Source: Amphiscolops sp. MND2022 (taxonomy: Eukaryota). Taken from it: 64,000 bases of DNA. Of the stretch, positions 1 to 12,678 are shown piece by piece. Position 1 is the first letter of the stretch, and each line of letters begins with the position of its first letter. The stretch spans positions 58,406,001 to 58,470,000 of the forward strand of contig OZ076409.1 of assembly GCA_964187785.1 (NCBI GenBank), given 5' to 3'. A program made the position numbers and the translations under genes. The notes under the pieces are model-generated. The model did no database searches. It saw only the letters and a list, made by a program, of their open reading frames with translations, and had not been told where the DNA came from.

Positions 1-1391
1 TAACCACCGTCCACACTCAGGCTCTGAGTAGAGAAAGCCCTTCGATAGTAGAGCGACGCCCATCGCAGTCGTATTAGGATATTCTCGTGCACCATGGTTC
101 TCACTCATCACGAAATTTTGTAAGAGACGTAAAACTTTGAAAGATGTAAAGTAGAATTTTGTAGTTCGGAAACGTCGAGTTGGCGAAAGCTGTTGGTGAA
201 GAGTAAATTTGCTAAGTAAACAAAACATTCGACAGCGAGAAATCCACCTCATGTAATCTTTGATTCTTGACGAACTTTAAGACGTGAATAACATAACAAG
301 CAAGTAAGGAATTAGAAAGTCCGTACCCGAGTGTTGCCGATATAGAATAAGACCACAGGAAAATCTTTGTTTACCCTCTAAATAGCTCTCTAAATAAAAG
401 TTGGATAAAGAAACGCATCTATCATAAGGAATTACCCGTCGTTTGATACCTATTGTTCTTGCAATTGCATAGATGGCTTTCGGAAAACTTTTCTTTGACT
501 GGCCCCTACCGGACCGAACCAGACCGGTAAGATTGGATCGAATTAGGTGCTCATTCGGTGGAGAACCTATCGTCGTCGACATTTTCTGTCGTGATTTCCA
601 TCGCCAAGAAGTAATTACAATACCGCCGAGGACAATGCTGTGGAATGAATTGTTTGCTTTGCTGTGGGACTGGGCGATAGTACGAACCCATCAACAAGAT
701 CAAGAGATTGAGGATGTCATCAATTTAATAGACTATATGAGCGACTTCATAAGACCCCCCCTTGTGCGTCAATGATTCGGAGGAGTTCTACCGAATGAGT
801 CGAGTTGTTTTTAGTCTTTGTTAATTTATAGTCGCTTTAACTGATGTCTAAAATGCCTACTTTAACGTTTTTTTTAATTGGATGTTACACTAGTTCATCA
901 TTATTGTAGATAAATATCCAGCAGAGCTATGGATGCTTTGATTAACCCAACCCCATCTAACTAATTATATATGTGTAACCTTGATCCCACGATTCAGCCA
1001 ACGATAATACCGTTAAGTTTATTCGGGAGAATAAAAGTCCAGAAGGGAAGAGTGTGGAAAATTTAGTTTTTGGCGTCTACAAAAATGCATCGCGTTTGCG
1101 CGAAGTACAGATGATAGATTGAACTGTGTTAACCACGTTTTCAGACCGCCGGAACAGTGAAAACAGCTGAACAGGCTGACAATAGCATGCTTCAATGTGG
1201 CTTATTTGGCAAACTAGGTTTACTTAGTAAACGAAACTTCTTAGGCAAAATTAACGAGCTAGTGAGTGACGTCAGTGATGAAGTAATTCCAATCAACTAA
1301 GTCAGAGTTGAATCTCTGAGAGCGAATTTTGCTAAGTCCTGCTTAAGAGCAAAAAGATTCTAAGATACACTATGAAAAACCAAACATCACA
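1..1391 (+). mobile_element. 3' end of an LTR retrotransposon: 3' internal region, polypurine tract (1041-1052) and probable 3' LTR (1053-1391)
   Basis: Purine tract AGAAGGGAAGAG is immediately followed by TGTGG..., and the segment ends in ...CATCACA at 1391 (TGTG...CACA termini). The partner LTR is outside the window. Confidence 0.55.
473..775 (+). CDS. Short ORF of unknown function in the 3' internal region of the LTR element; possibly a spliced accessory exon
   Basis: 100-aa ORF whose ATG directly follows an acceptor-like ttgcaattgcatag. No recognisable domain. Confidence 0.3.
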   Translation: MAFGKLFFDWPLPDRTRPVRLDRIRCSFGGEPIVVDIFCRDFHRQEVITIPPRTMLWNELFALLWDWAIVRTHQQDQEIEDVINLIDYMSDFIRPPLVRQ

Positions 1392-3183
1392 AATCTTTAA
1401 AACCCCCCCCCCCAAACGGTTTTTCTCAAAGACTATTTATCGTAGGGACTTGAAATTTGGCACACGTATACCTGAGCTGTTATGCTACTGATCCATAAAA
1501 ACGGAACCGAGCCGAAGCCCCCCAGCCCCGTGCTATTAGCACCGGAAGTGACCTAGGTCGACCCCCTCACGAACTCATCGGCCAAGCACGGAATAAGTCA
1601 TGTAATACATGGAATCAATAGCCCATAGGATAAGAGGCCGTTTGCGCATATTTTTGGAACCCTATGACGCGTGTAGGAGGAGTACGGACCCTCAGTAAAT
1701 AAACCTCGAATGTTATGTAAATAGCCAACGGATGACCGGAAGATCATGAAACTTGCCCAAGATGATCAGCTAGCAACTCTAAGTAAAATACATGAAAGAT
1801 ACATTAATCGACTCACCACGCAGGGAATAATGTTTGTTTAAGGCACGCAGGACCGGACGCGCGGGCCCGACCGATAAAAGACATTTGACCTTGGCTCGTA
1901 ATACCTCAAACGAACCGGAACGATGAATGTAGTCGATTACTAACAAGAATGGAAACGTATTTGTAACCCATGCGGGGGTAGCCGCCCTAAGTAAACAAAC
2001 GATACGCATATCATGTAACTCGAAGACCATTGACCCTAGGATGACATAACTTGGCAGGTAGCAACACTGGATGAAGACAAATAACTTCAAGGTCACCGAT
2101 GGACCTCAAGGTCACTTTAGATGCAATCTCTGAATATATGGAAAAACTTACGATAAAACATGTAAATCAGCGTCTTTAGGTGATAATTTATGCAATTCAG
2201 CCAGGCGGAACGATTCGCGATGCATTGCGCCCGAAAGGACGGAAAAGTACCCCTTACGCGTATAGAGCATGTAAACCATGTAATTGAAGGTCATTGAACG
2301 ATTGGCTCGATATTAGAAATATCTTGGGTGACTTGAATTATTATTGAAATGTGAACTTTGTACAACCTTTGTTGAAGTATTGTCGTTGGCGGCGAAGAAT
2401 GTTTAGTCGAAGTATAACTAGGGCGCTGCCATGCCATAAAAGGAATGGAGCTACATGAAGTTAAAAGCATGCAAATAAAAGAGCGACATCGGTACAACTA
2501 AAATGCGGGCGATGAACAAATATAATTGAGGCGGATTTGGAATATACTGGAAGACACAACCGAGTTAGAGAGCTACAAGCAAGTCGAGCCTCGAGACGGG
2601 GGCAAGAAACTTGGCTTCGCTGTAAGAACTGGTTTGTCGTTAGCTCTAGCAATTGAACTTGAACAAGTCCGGGACTTGTGTTTTGCGCATCGAATTAGTT
2701 GACTGAATCGTGGACCTAAGCTTTAGCCAATTTGTTAACTTGATTTGATATTCTTGACGAGACGATTTGATTATAGTTATTAGAAGTTAATTGGATTATT
2801 GAACATCTCTTTTCGTGATAGATTGACTTGAGCCGAAAAACTTGAGCACTGGAGAGACTTTGGATAAGTGAGAACACGATAGAAATAACCGAACTTACTC
2901 ACCAAAAATCCTTTTTCTGATAGAGTTAGATTCTTGGGAAAATCTCTCCGCCCTCGAATTCTAAATTTTCTACAACTTGCCAAATGCTTGAAACACTTTG
3001 TATTTTCTGGGCATTCCGTTGTTAAAATAAAAACTACACTAAAAAGTTTGTTGAGTGGTTAAATGTTTTTTGCAGCGCAACTACGTGGATCCTTCCATAT
3101 CGAAGTTCATACTTTCTGAAACTACGTAAAGTGCTTGAGGCGGTCCAATTTTTTTTGGAGAGCTATCGGTTTTCTGTTTTTAG

Positions 3184-3393
3184 ACTTTCGAAGAATTAGA
3201 ACAAGAGTATCTGGGTGGACAGAAGGTGCAAGGTCACGTGACGGCAGCAAAAGTGTACAAGATGCTGGCTGAGAAGGGTGAATCATCGCTTACCAAATAT
3301 CCTCTTTTGGTGGCCATCCAGAAAATCGCAGCTCGTGAAATACCTGCCCGAGACATTTTCAACGCTCTTGGAAATCACCCGGCGCATATGTAG
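3184..3393 (+). CDS. GPD1: Last coding exon of cytosolic NAD-dependent glycerol-3-phosphate dehydrogenase
   Basis: After the acceptor ttttctgtttttag it translates to TFEELEQEYLGGQKVQGHVTAAKVYKMLAEKGESSLTKYPLLVAIQKIAAREIPARDIFNALGNHPAHM*. This matches the GPD1 C-terminus (SIEQLEKELLNGQKLQG...FPLF.AV...LQNHPEHM). AATAAA at 3721. Confidence 0.92.
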   Translation, partial: TFEELEQEYLGGQKVQGHVTAAKVYKMLAEKGESSLTKYPLLVAIQKIAAREIPARDIFNALGNHPAHM

Positions 3394-4116
3394 AAAAAGA
3401 CGAAGATTCAAATCTTCAATTCAGTCACTTCTGACTGGTTGCCAACCATGACTGGTAGCTTTCTTAAAAAGCCTTGTGCTCTAAACTTTTTGAAGTTATT
3501 GATTGAAAAACTTTTTTACAGATTATGATGAACGTTCCTAGAAATAAGTGGAGTTACAAAGAAGTCTATATTTGGTCTTTTTTAAAATATGAATTTTACC
3601 AATTATGAACGTTTTGATAGAATTAATTGCCATAAGTTTGCAAGTTTCCCTCTAGAGCCAAAACACCTTCCGTCTCCATAAAACTATTAAAGTTCTAACC
3701 ACAGACTTTCAGCACGAAGGAATAAATTTACAAAATGGAAAAGAACATTTTTTTGTCAAATGGTCACTAAAACTCAAACGAACTCTGCTTCATTCCTGCT
3801 CTTATTAAAGCTCTTATTTTTTCTGTTTTCCATCCACCAAAATATTTGAATTGAATCGAAAAAAAAATTACACCGGCCTGATCAAAAGTTTACATTGTCG
3901 CATCCCAAGCTCAGCTGCGAAAATTGCGGAAGTAAGATGTGTACTTTTTGGAGAAAAATAGCAGCTAGAAGTGAAATGTATGTGAAACAAACACTAAAAC
4001 TCATTTTATGAATGTAACTAAATATTTTTATGACTAACTAAATTGTCAAAAAGTGTAGTTTTTATACATACTTATTCATGTAGTTTTTTTACTATGTATA
4101 ATTGAATGGCCGAAAA

Positions 4117-4149
4117 GAGAAGAAGAAAAAGAAGAAGAAGAAAAAGGAA

Positions 4150-4206
<57 letters not shown>
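4117..4206. repeat. Purine-rich (GAA)n/(GA)n microsatellite
   Basis: Directly visible run of GA dinucleotides preceded by GAA repeats. Confidence 0.95.
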
Positions 4207-4209
<3 letters not shown>

Positions 4210-4707
4210 TATGCTCAAACCAAGTAACGAACGGGACTGGTCAATGGACTAAACGCTCCAAACTGGCGGCCTGGGGGCGAAGTCTCGGAAATAGACGAGA
4301 ATAATGAAGCGTGCTAGTTGGGAAGCGGCTCAGCCAATCAGAATGCGAGAGTCACTTCACACCGAGTCGAACAATTTTCTGAGTCAGCAGTCTGGAGGGA
4401 AGTCACATGCTTTGAAAGTTGAAAACGCTGAAATAAATCAAATGCCTTTGTTTGAACGCGTTTGATGGAAGATTTTAATTTTTCAGTCATGAAAAATGCT
4501 GGAAATTGTCTAAGTAGTCTTCTTCTTTCCAATTTGTATCTAATGCGGAATCAAAAATTTCATAGTTGTTTTGAACGATGCGCTAGTTGTAAAAGAACTA
4601 TTTCTAGCGAAGTAGTAGAAAGTTTCTTTGAAATTCGTCGCACAACTCATTCTTTTATTCGAGCATGCATGAGAAACCTCCGAAAAAAACTAAGAAGAGA
4701 CACTCTT

Positions 4708-7700
4708 TGTTCTATTTCTGCTTAGTAGGGTAAAACAATTTGAATACTGATATATCTTTTATGCCAAACTATACTTCATATCAAAGAACGCAACAATGGT
4801 TCCGTATCAAAATAATCTAATGTACATATGTATATAAATATGTAACATCAAAAAAGTGGAACAATTATAGTTTGTTTTTCAATGTTTTTCTTCAGGTTGA
4901 TTTTCGTTTGGGTGCGCCATCCTCTCCCTCTGGGCTTCCTTTTACAATTAGGAGGTTCCGGGCATTGGATTCATCTCTCTTTCGAAGTCCGATGGTTTCG
5001 GCAGTGCTGTTAGGTTTACTTCGGTTTAGTCCTGAAACAGATCATACATTTTTATTTGTCACACCCAGAAGTTTTTGGTATGTGACACTCCCCCGTATCT
5101 ACTCTTTTGCATACATTTTCGATTTGATCTTATAGTAGAGGAATTTTTGGTTGTAAAGTATTCATTTATTCTCACCGGTAGGTTTCTCACCTTCAGTGTG
5201 TAGACTCAGCTCTTCTTCCATGTTTGTGCTGATCGGCTTGTACTTTTTCGGATGTATCCGGATATTCCATTTCGCAATCGCTTTCCTCGTCGATTACGCC
5301 TTCTTCACTTTCTGACTCCGATTCATATTTTCGTGTCCGGTTTTGAAATATTTTCAACTTTCCAACCAGTATGTCTCGGAGTATTTCATTCCACTGAATG
5401 TATTTCCCGTCGACACCTGAGACAGTGTCGGTTCTCAGGTGTAATTTTGTCTCCGATTTGCGGTGCCACTTCTTTCTTCTTGTCGGTCTGAATAACAATC
5501 GGTCCAGAATTACGCTCGCTCTCGGTGAATTAATTTTCCAACCTAGGTGGTTCCGCTTACTGTGGTTTGTACTTTGTTCTGGAAGTTCCTTTCTAAAGAT
5601 ATTCTATTGTAGTTTTTTCTACAATTTTGAAGGGAGACTCAAAAACCGATTTTTTCGGTCGTTTGTCGACCGCTTCTTCCTCAGCTTTGTTTCTTGCCAT
5701 CACGAGTTAGTTTGTTATATCTCCCTGTTCGTCTCTAGACACGTAAATGATGGGAGTTTTTGATTTTTTTTCTCCGCTGAAACAGACAGTTCGGACCAAT
5801 CAGAAAGATAGGATTTACCATCTTTCACCAGATTGGCCAATTTGGTTCGCAGTTTCCAGCCAGGATGCAATTCGAAAGTTGTTAAATTTAATCCTGTGTG
5901 TATTGTAAATCACATTACTTTTATTGCTCTTTTAACGCATTCAGTCAAGCATAAATTATCTTCTAAGATGGCCACTATCAAGCTCTTTATGGTTTGTGTT
6001 GCGCATTCTTCTGCTCGCGTACCAGTGTGTATTCTCTGTGTGCAGTATTCTATTTCAATTTTTTTTCGACTTTCAAACTTCAAAGTATTCTTTTCAGATG
6101 AAATCTATGCCTTTATCCGAGATAAGTTTTTGCGGTATTTCGTGGTATTCCATACGGATTAAAATTCTGTCTTAGGAAGTTTATCAATTCTTTTGTTTCG
6201 GAAATTTTGCAAAAGTTCACGGTTGACCTATCACTAACACTATCTACCGCATTTAGTGTGATATTGGTTTTTTTTGCGTTCAATTTTCGGTTGTGTAAGT
6301 TTCCGGTAAAATTGATTTGATTTTCTTGTCCCGGTTCAGTGAGTGTTTTTAATTTTCCTCTTTCGTTTTTCGGTATTTGGTACATTAAATTCTCACCAGA
6401 TGCTGGGCAGGCAATGCAGTTTTTGACTTTCTCTTCAATATCTCTGTTGATGTTTGGCCACCAAATAATTTTGGCTTCGGCTGTCATTTTGGTGGTTCCC
6501 GCATGTCCAAAATGTAGCGCGTCTAGATGTTGTTTCCGGAGTTTGGTTGGTACTATATTTGTGTAGTTTAGGAAAGTTAATCCCCCTTTCATTGATAAGT
6601 TTTCAAATTAATGCCTGCAGTGCTCCAGGGCCATGCTGCGGTCTTCTCTGTTCAGCGCTAGTTTCACCCGGTTTATTTCGTCCAATAATGCTTTTCAGAT
6701 CCAGCTTGAAATCCTTCTTCGCTCGTTTTTTTGAATCTTCAGTCACTTTTTTCCCCTTCGGTGACTGCTCCGATTGTTTGGTTAATTTGCACGTAGAGTG
6801 CTTCTTTGCCCTCGGTATTGTAATTTTTCAAGTCCACAATTGGGAAATTGTCTCCGCGGATGAATTGACTCTCACCTTGACTCTCCGGGTCATTTATTTG
6901 TTCTTATGGGAATTGTTCCTCCGGTTGAACTTGGTTAGCTTCATCTTCAATTGCTTGGATTGGATGATGGCCACCCCCAATCTGTTTGCGCGTTGTATGA
7001 GTTCTCCGTCGATTTCAGCTATATCCTCTGTACTTCTCTTGTTCGGTCGCGACGGGACCCATTTTGTTCTTTGTGCGTTCTGGTCGCAACGTCGTCTTCT
7101 CATCCGTGGGTCTCCAATTGTCTCTCAACTTGTTCTTCTTTGAATATTTCTTCTCGGTTTGATATTAGTGCTTTCGGTATTGTGTTCTTGTTATTTTTCT
7201 TTTCAAATGTGTTTACTTTGATTTTTTCTATCGTTTTCTTCATCTCGAGTATCTTTTCTTTTATTAATTTGTCTCGAAGTTTTTTGTTCGTTATTGCGTT
7301 CATGAATTTCGAAATGAGTAGTTTTTCGGCGGTTATGCTTTCGAAGTTACATTCTTTTTCAATTGCTATCAATCTCCGCCGAAAGTCTTCCGGTGTCTCC
7401 CGTTTGCTTTGTTTGGTCCAAAAGAATTCTGCACGGTTGTGGTATGTGTTTCTCTTCGGCAGACGTTGCTCATTGAATAACCGAAATTAATCTTTTATTG
7501 CAATCTTGTCCGGTTCAATCTTGTACGCTGCTCTTGTCATTTGATTTAGAGCTTCTGGGCCAATTCCCCATAAAAAACCTTCTTGTATATGGTTTTCTTT
7601 TGTGGCCCAATCGGTTTGTGTCATTTCGGCTCCCCGGATTAGTTATGTCCATGTTACATTTCCGTTTTGTATATTGCCGGAATCGTTCGAGTCATTGTGT

Positions 7701-8079
7701 TTCGATGTTAATATTGTCTTTCCGTCGGTTGTTGCTTCAAAGTTCGGCACTTCAATTTGTGTTGCTTCTTGTGTCATCCCTTTTTGTTGTCATTCCATAA
7801 GTATAATATTGTAAATGAGATGGCTGACTGCGCCATGTTCTATTCCTGCTTGGTTGGGTAAAACAATTTGGATACTGATATGAAGTATAGTTTGGCATAA
7901 AAGATATCAAAGAATGCAACAATGATTCCGTATCAAAACTAATCTAATGTACATATGTACATAAATATGTAACAACAAAAAGAGTAGCAATCATAGTTTG
8001 TTGTTCAATGTTCTTTTTCAGTTTGATTGGCTTTTGGGTGAACCGAATAAATTCGGACGCGGTACTTCATCGTATTACA
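4708..8079 (-). mobile_element. Old, internally deleted Ty3/Gypsy (Mag-like) LTR retrotransposon; LTRs 4708-4919 and 7836-8079, TSD CTCTT
   Basis: Both LTRs begin TGTTCTATT on +. CTCTT occurs at 4703-4707 and 8080-8084. PBS TGGCGCAGTCAGCC (7822-7835, -), PPT at 4920-4931. Gag remnants at 7100-7790 and integrase remnants (HFGHAG...CIAC) at 6113-6592. No PR/RT/RH. Confidence 0.9.
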
Positions 8080-8578
8080 CTCTTGAAAATGCTATCAAGG
8101 AGAAAGTGAAACATCAAGAGTTTCAAACAAGAGACTTCAAAGTTCACTGACTAGAAGTTGAAGATAGCACGAATAAGTTAGACGAAACAAAAAGGCTGAA
8201 AGACCCAGAGAACAAATATAGAGATATCCCTAAATTATTAAAAAGTCTATCTTCAAAAGTCGTGAGTCTCTTCGGGAGAAACACTGACCATTATTCTTGA
8301 AGTGAGAGTTTATCTATCCCCCAATGAAAAAACCCAACAAAATCAAGGCACTAATCCGAATACAACTGTGAAGTATGCCTACAAGAAGGTGTTAATACAC
8401 ATTGACTGTAATTATGTAGATTCAACCGTTTTAATGGCCCAATGTTTGAAGCTGCTGATTTCCCAATCAAGCTTGTGTTGCTTCATACGGAGTAAGGGCG
8501 AGCAATGTTTTTACCCATTGTTTCGACCCAGGTCCACCCTACTATCAAATTCAAATAAAATATTAGGACAAAAAAACA

Positions 8579-8994
8579 GGGCTCTTTTCTGTCCCCCCCC
8601 ACCACCACCAAATTTTTTTTGGAAAATTACTGAAAATCTTATAACAAATAGACTTGAATACAAACCAGAAAACTTCAGTTTTAGATCTATTCTCAGGGTA
8701 GTTTAGGATTCAGATACAAACTTTGTTCTCACTTTTTCCCTATGTAGTTACGCATATTTGATGAAGAAATCAACAGCTTCCTGTTTTGAGTCATTATAAT
8801 TATAATAAACACTTAATATGAACGTAATAATAGTCAAAATGTGTAAACAATGTTTTGTTCAAGCGGAAAACTACTCTAATAGAAGTTAACTTCCTGTTAT
8901 GAAAGAAGGTTTTATTTATAATTAAGCTAGTCTAAAGTTTTTAAGGAAAGTTATTTTCGAAAATTTTGGTGGTGGTGGGAACAGAAAAGAGCCC
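8579..8994. mobile_element. MITE with ~45-bp terminal inverted repeats, Mutator-like
   Basis: GGGCTCTTTTCTGT..CCACCACCACCAAA at 8579 is inverted at 8951-8994. The flanks AAAAAAACA / AGAAAAGCA resemble a decayed 9-bp TSD. Confidence 0.7.
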
Positions 8995-10877
8995 AGAAAA
9001 GCACCCAGTTATTTAATTATATATGAAAAATATAAAAATTCGTGAAATTATGCATATTAAAGGATGGTTTTAGGAGCCCAATTTATTACATTTAGTGATT
9101 TGCAATCGAGGTATAAGCACGTGCTCTTTTATATTGATAGTTAACAACATTAACAATGAAAACATTGTGCCTTCGATATAGAAGAATTCCACTCTATACC
9201 CACCCACTGAAATGCCCAGGAAAAGACCTTCCAACGCCAGTCGTTCTTCTCGGCGTTTTTCGAGGAACTTGCGAAGGCTGAACAAAGTCAAAAACCCGGT
9301 ACCCTCTGCCTACTTCAACGAAGGAATGGAAAATCAATCTCCTTAATTTTTGAACTTCTTTCCTCACAAATCACCCCCATCGAAATTTCTAAGGATGATA
9401 AGCAACATTTTTTCCCGCATCTACTCACTTATAGTAATAAAATGGCTCTAACTTCTGGATGCATAAAAAAGGTTTCCGTAGATTTTCAATTAAAACAGAT
9501 TTCAAGCTTTCGATTTATTTATCAAAACTATTTCATTATTCTTTGCAAATTCGACAGTGCTTTGTTAATTTCAGAAGAAGGGTGGGTTCTTCTCATGTTG
9601 CACCCAACCCCTACCCCCAAATCACTTTTATACAAAAAAAATGAAGTTTGCAACAGTGCTTCGAAAAAAACTAAAAAGCTTCAAGCTTCAATATTCTTAC
9701 ATAATAAATTCCATTTGTTTGGAAAAGTCAAAAATATATTTACATATACAAAAACTTAACGGCTGTTTGTTTTGAGTCATACAACTCAATTCATATTTGA
9801 TCAAAATCATCATCAAAAAGTGAGAAATATATTTTCTTCAAGCCTAACTAAACCTGATTTGACCTCAAATCCTTGACGCCAAAATCTGGTACCGGTAAAA
9901 GATATCACGTGGGACAATGACAGTTGGAAGAATTAGAGAAAACACTTCTGAAAATTTCAAAAGGTGAGAGGGGAGGGGGACAAAAAAGAGCCGAAGGGGT
10001 TTGCGAGTGACTTTTTTGGAAAACGCTGTTTGCGTTTTAAGGAGCATATAGTGCATACAATGGCAGTAGTAGATCAGCAATTAGAACTTTTTTCAAGGGT
10101 GCACACGAGTTATTGCACAACCAAAAGTTTGGTCAACATTGAGAGGTTTAGCTTGGTTTTGCGGACTTTTTTTCTTGAAATCTTCGTGCACCATTCTTCG
10201 TGAATAATTTGATGATTCAGTTTTATAGTGATTCTCTTTTGATACTATTTGAACGTTTAAAGCCCAGGCAAACCAAATTATAACGAACATACAAACATTT
10301 CTTTTTTTTTCACCGAAAACATTCATTAGAGAAAACAGAAAAGTGGCAGCTGATTTCTGGATTTTTGATGAATTCCTCAAAAAATTCCAAAAACTATTGG
10401 AAGCATCTGTATTTCCCAAAATGTTAATCTGCACCTCAAATGTCTTCTGACTCTTGGGTCCACAATCCTTTGTTTGTTCCATTAGTTCACATGAGTTGAT
10501 TTTGCGAAGCCTAAAGCGATGCTTCTCTACCTAGTCGGACTCCATTATTCACTGATAAACAAGTGAACTATCTCGAAGCAAAGGCGGCTCTTTTTCCTTT
10601 TTCACCCACACGTTGAAATAAAAAAATACAACAAAAAGGATATATTTGGCTATATCGCTTAACATCTTTTTCTCCAAGGTAAAGAGTCATTTCAGTATTA
10701 CATTACAGGAGTACAATTGGAAACTCAACTGAGAGCAAATTAATTGCTAAAACATAATCATCTAGAAAAGTGTGGGGAAAAGGAAACAGTTCTGCAAATT
10801 CTCTCCCAAATCTCGCTTCTTGCCTGCGTTATCAAACAGCCTAAACAAAAATTTCTGTTTATCTATCAACGATATCA

Positions 10878-11754
10878 GTTTTCTGTTACCACCCCACCAC
10901 CAAATTTGTTTGGAAAATAATTGAAAATATCACAATAACAAGACGGGAACGTCTCGCGCCGGTGCTTCTTTTAAGGCTCAACAAGCGCTAAGTTTCTGAA
11001 GTATGCTTAGGACTTTTTTAAAGTACGAACTAACCAAAAAGTGTTGAAACATCCGAAGGGTGCCTTTTGTGCTCTGAAAACGCTTCAAAAGCTCGAGTAC
11101 AGCGTGCTGGGGCAGATAGGAGCGCTTTGTTTCGAACCTCGAATCCTCCTCAGTAAAGCGCCACGTACTTTGGATTAAACTTCAAAAATTTCGAAAAGTT
11201 TCGAAAAAATTATTGGTAAGTATTTATTTCAGACGATTCAAGAGAAATTTAAAGCGGTCGCAGAGTGGCGAAATATGAACCGGGGAGGCCCTTTGAGCTT
11301 TCGTATCATTCAGATTGTTGCAAAAGTTCAAAAACATGAAAGGGGACCCTTTGCAGACATTAAAAAACTTTCGAAAAACGTCTCATAGTGCTAGAAGAAT
11401 GAAAAAGGGGAGACCCCTTAGTCTCGTCTGGTTTTGTATGCTACGTTAAGAAGGAAAAATGTAAGAATTTGCCACTAATTTAGATGCGGTTCCTAGGTAT
11501 TCGTTCAGTTGAACAAACTGAACAAAAATTTGTCGCATTCGAGTCTCTCCTAAAGGAAATCCAAAAAACGAGTGAACATGATACTCGAGCTCTTTTATTC
11601 AAAAAGCGCCGACTAAAAAGACTAGAAACAAAACCAGAGGCCTTCATTTTAAATTTTACTCTCAGTGTGACAATTTCGGGTCCAGATTCAATTTTGTTTT
11701 TGCCTCTGAAGTCAAAACTTTCTTAAATCGCAAATCAACAGCTTCCTTTTTTGA
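10878..11754. mobile_element. Second, fragmented copy of the 8579-8994 MITE family, split by later insertions
   Basis: 10878-10936 matches the MITE left TIR. 11620-11757 matches MITE 8650-8795 (aaatcaacagcttcct..ttttgagtca). Confidence 0.6.
10937..11619 (-). mobile_element. Non-autonomous Helentron/DINE-1-like element
   Basis: Reverse complement of the termini seen at 52086-52554 (aacaagacgggaacgtctc... ...gcgccgactaaaa). Confidence 0.6.
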
Positions 11755-12254
11755 GTCACAAAAACAGTTAGTTCGAACAGAATTACAGTCCAAATGTGTG
11801 CAAAAAGAGAAACCAAAAAGGTACCCAGACACACATACACAACCAAACACCTTGTCTGTTAATCCCGTGGAATCTAAAAAAGCGTGTGTCGATTCCGTGA
11901 TTGGGATAACAACGGAGGAGACACCCGAAAATACAAAAAGCTCTATTTTGTCCGAAAATTCAGACACTGCGTTATTTTTCATACCCTATACAATCTCGAT
12001 GAAGCTTTGATTTCTGCTGAGACTTTAGAAAAGTTCTGTATTTCAAGTATTTGAAAATGTTTCATTTATCAGATCTTGTGTTTTTGACAAATATACCCAA
12101 TTGAAGCAATTTCATTTAATTGCCATTTTGGACCTCGGAAGTATGTGGAAGGCTCGGGTACCCTAGAAGAACGTTTTCACGTGCTTATGGGACGCGTCTG
12201 GTTTTGACGTGTACCAGCGGGTCGCCTGGGAGCTTTAAAAAGAGGAGTCTCTTC
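11651..12254 (+). repeat. 604-bp direct repeat, copy 1 (copy 2 at 16654-17257), flanking the 12255-16645 element
   Basis: Near-identical sequence (about 5 substitutions seen); the same spurious ORFs appear in both copies. Confidence 0.95.
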
Positions 12255-12678
12255 TGTTCTATTCTAAGGTTGATATAAGATATAGGAGAAAACGAAATAA
12301 AATAATGTTTGTATTCCCAATCTTTTTATCGTATGTTCTATCCCAACTTTGTATCCAAAATGAGTATAGAGTAAAGTAATCTATTTAGAGTTTGTTTGTA
12401 TACAACTCTTAGATATGCTAGACAATTGGGTGGTAGTTTGTAACTGAAACTCAATAGGGGTCATTCGGGTCAACCGTATAACATTTCCCCCTCTCTCCTC
12501 TTTTTGGTTCTTTTCTAATCGTCGAAAAGGTTCTTTGATGCCGACGTTGATGGTCGGGTTGGTGTCGTCTCCAGATCCTGTGGTAGGAAGTCTGCCGGCT
12601 TTTGTATCACTTCCGGTTGTGGCGTCTCTTTTCTTCTGTTCCAGGGATTTCCTGTAAAACATAAAATTAGTTTTCTGT

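Noticed and set aside
11662..12010. Duplicated ORFs at 11662/11798 and 16665/16801
   Set aside because: By-products of the 604-bp duplication of MITE and solo-LTR sequence.
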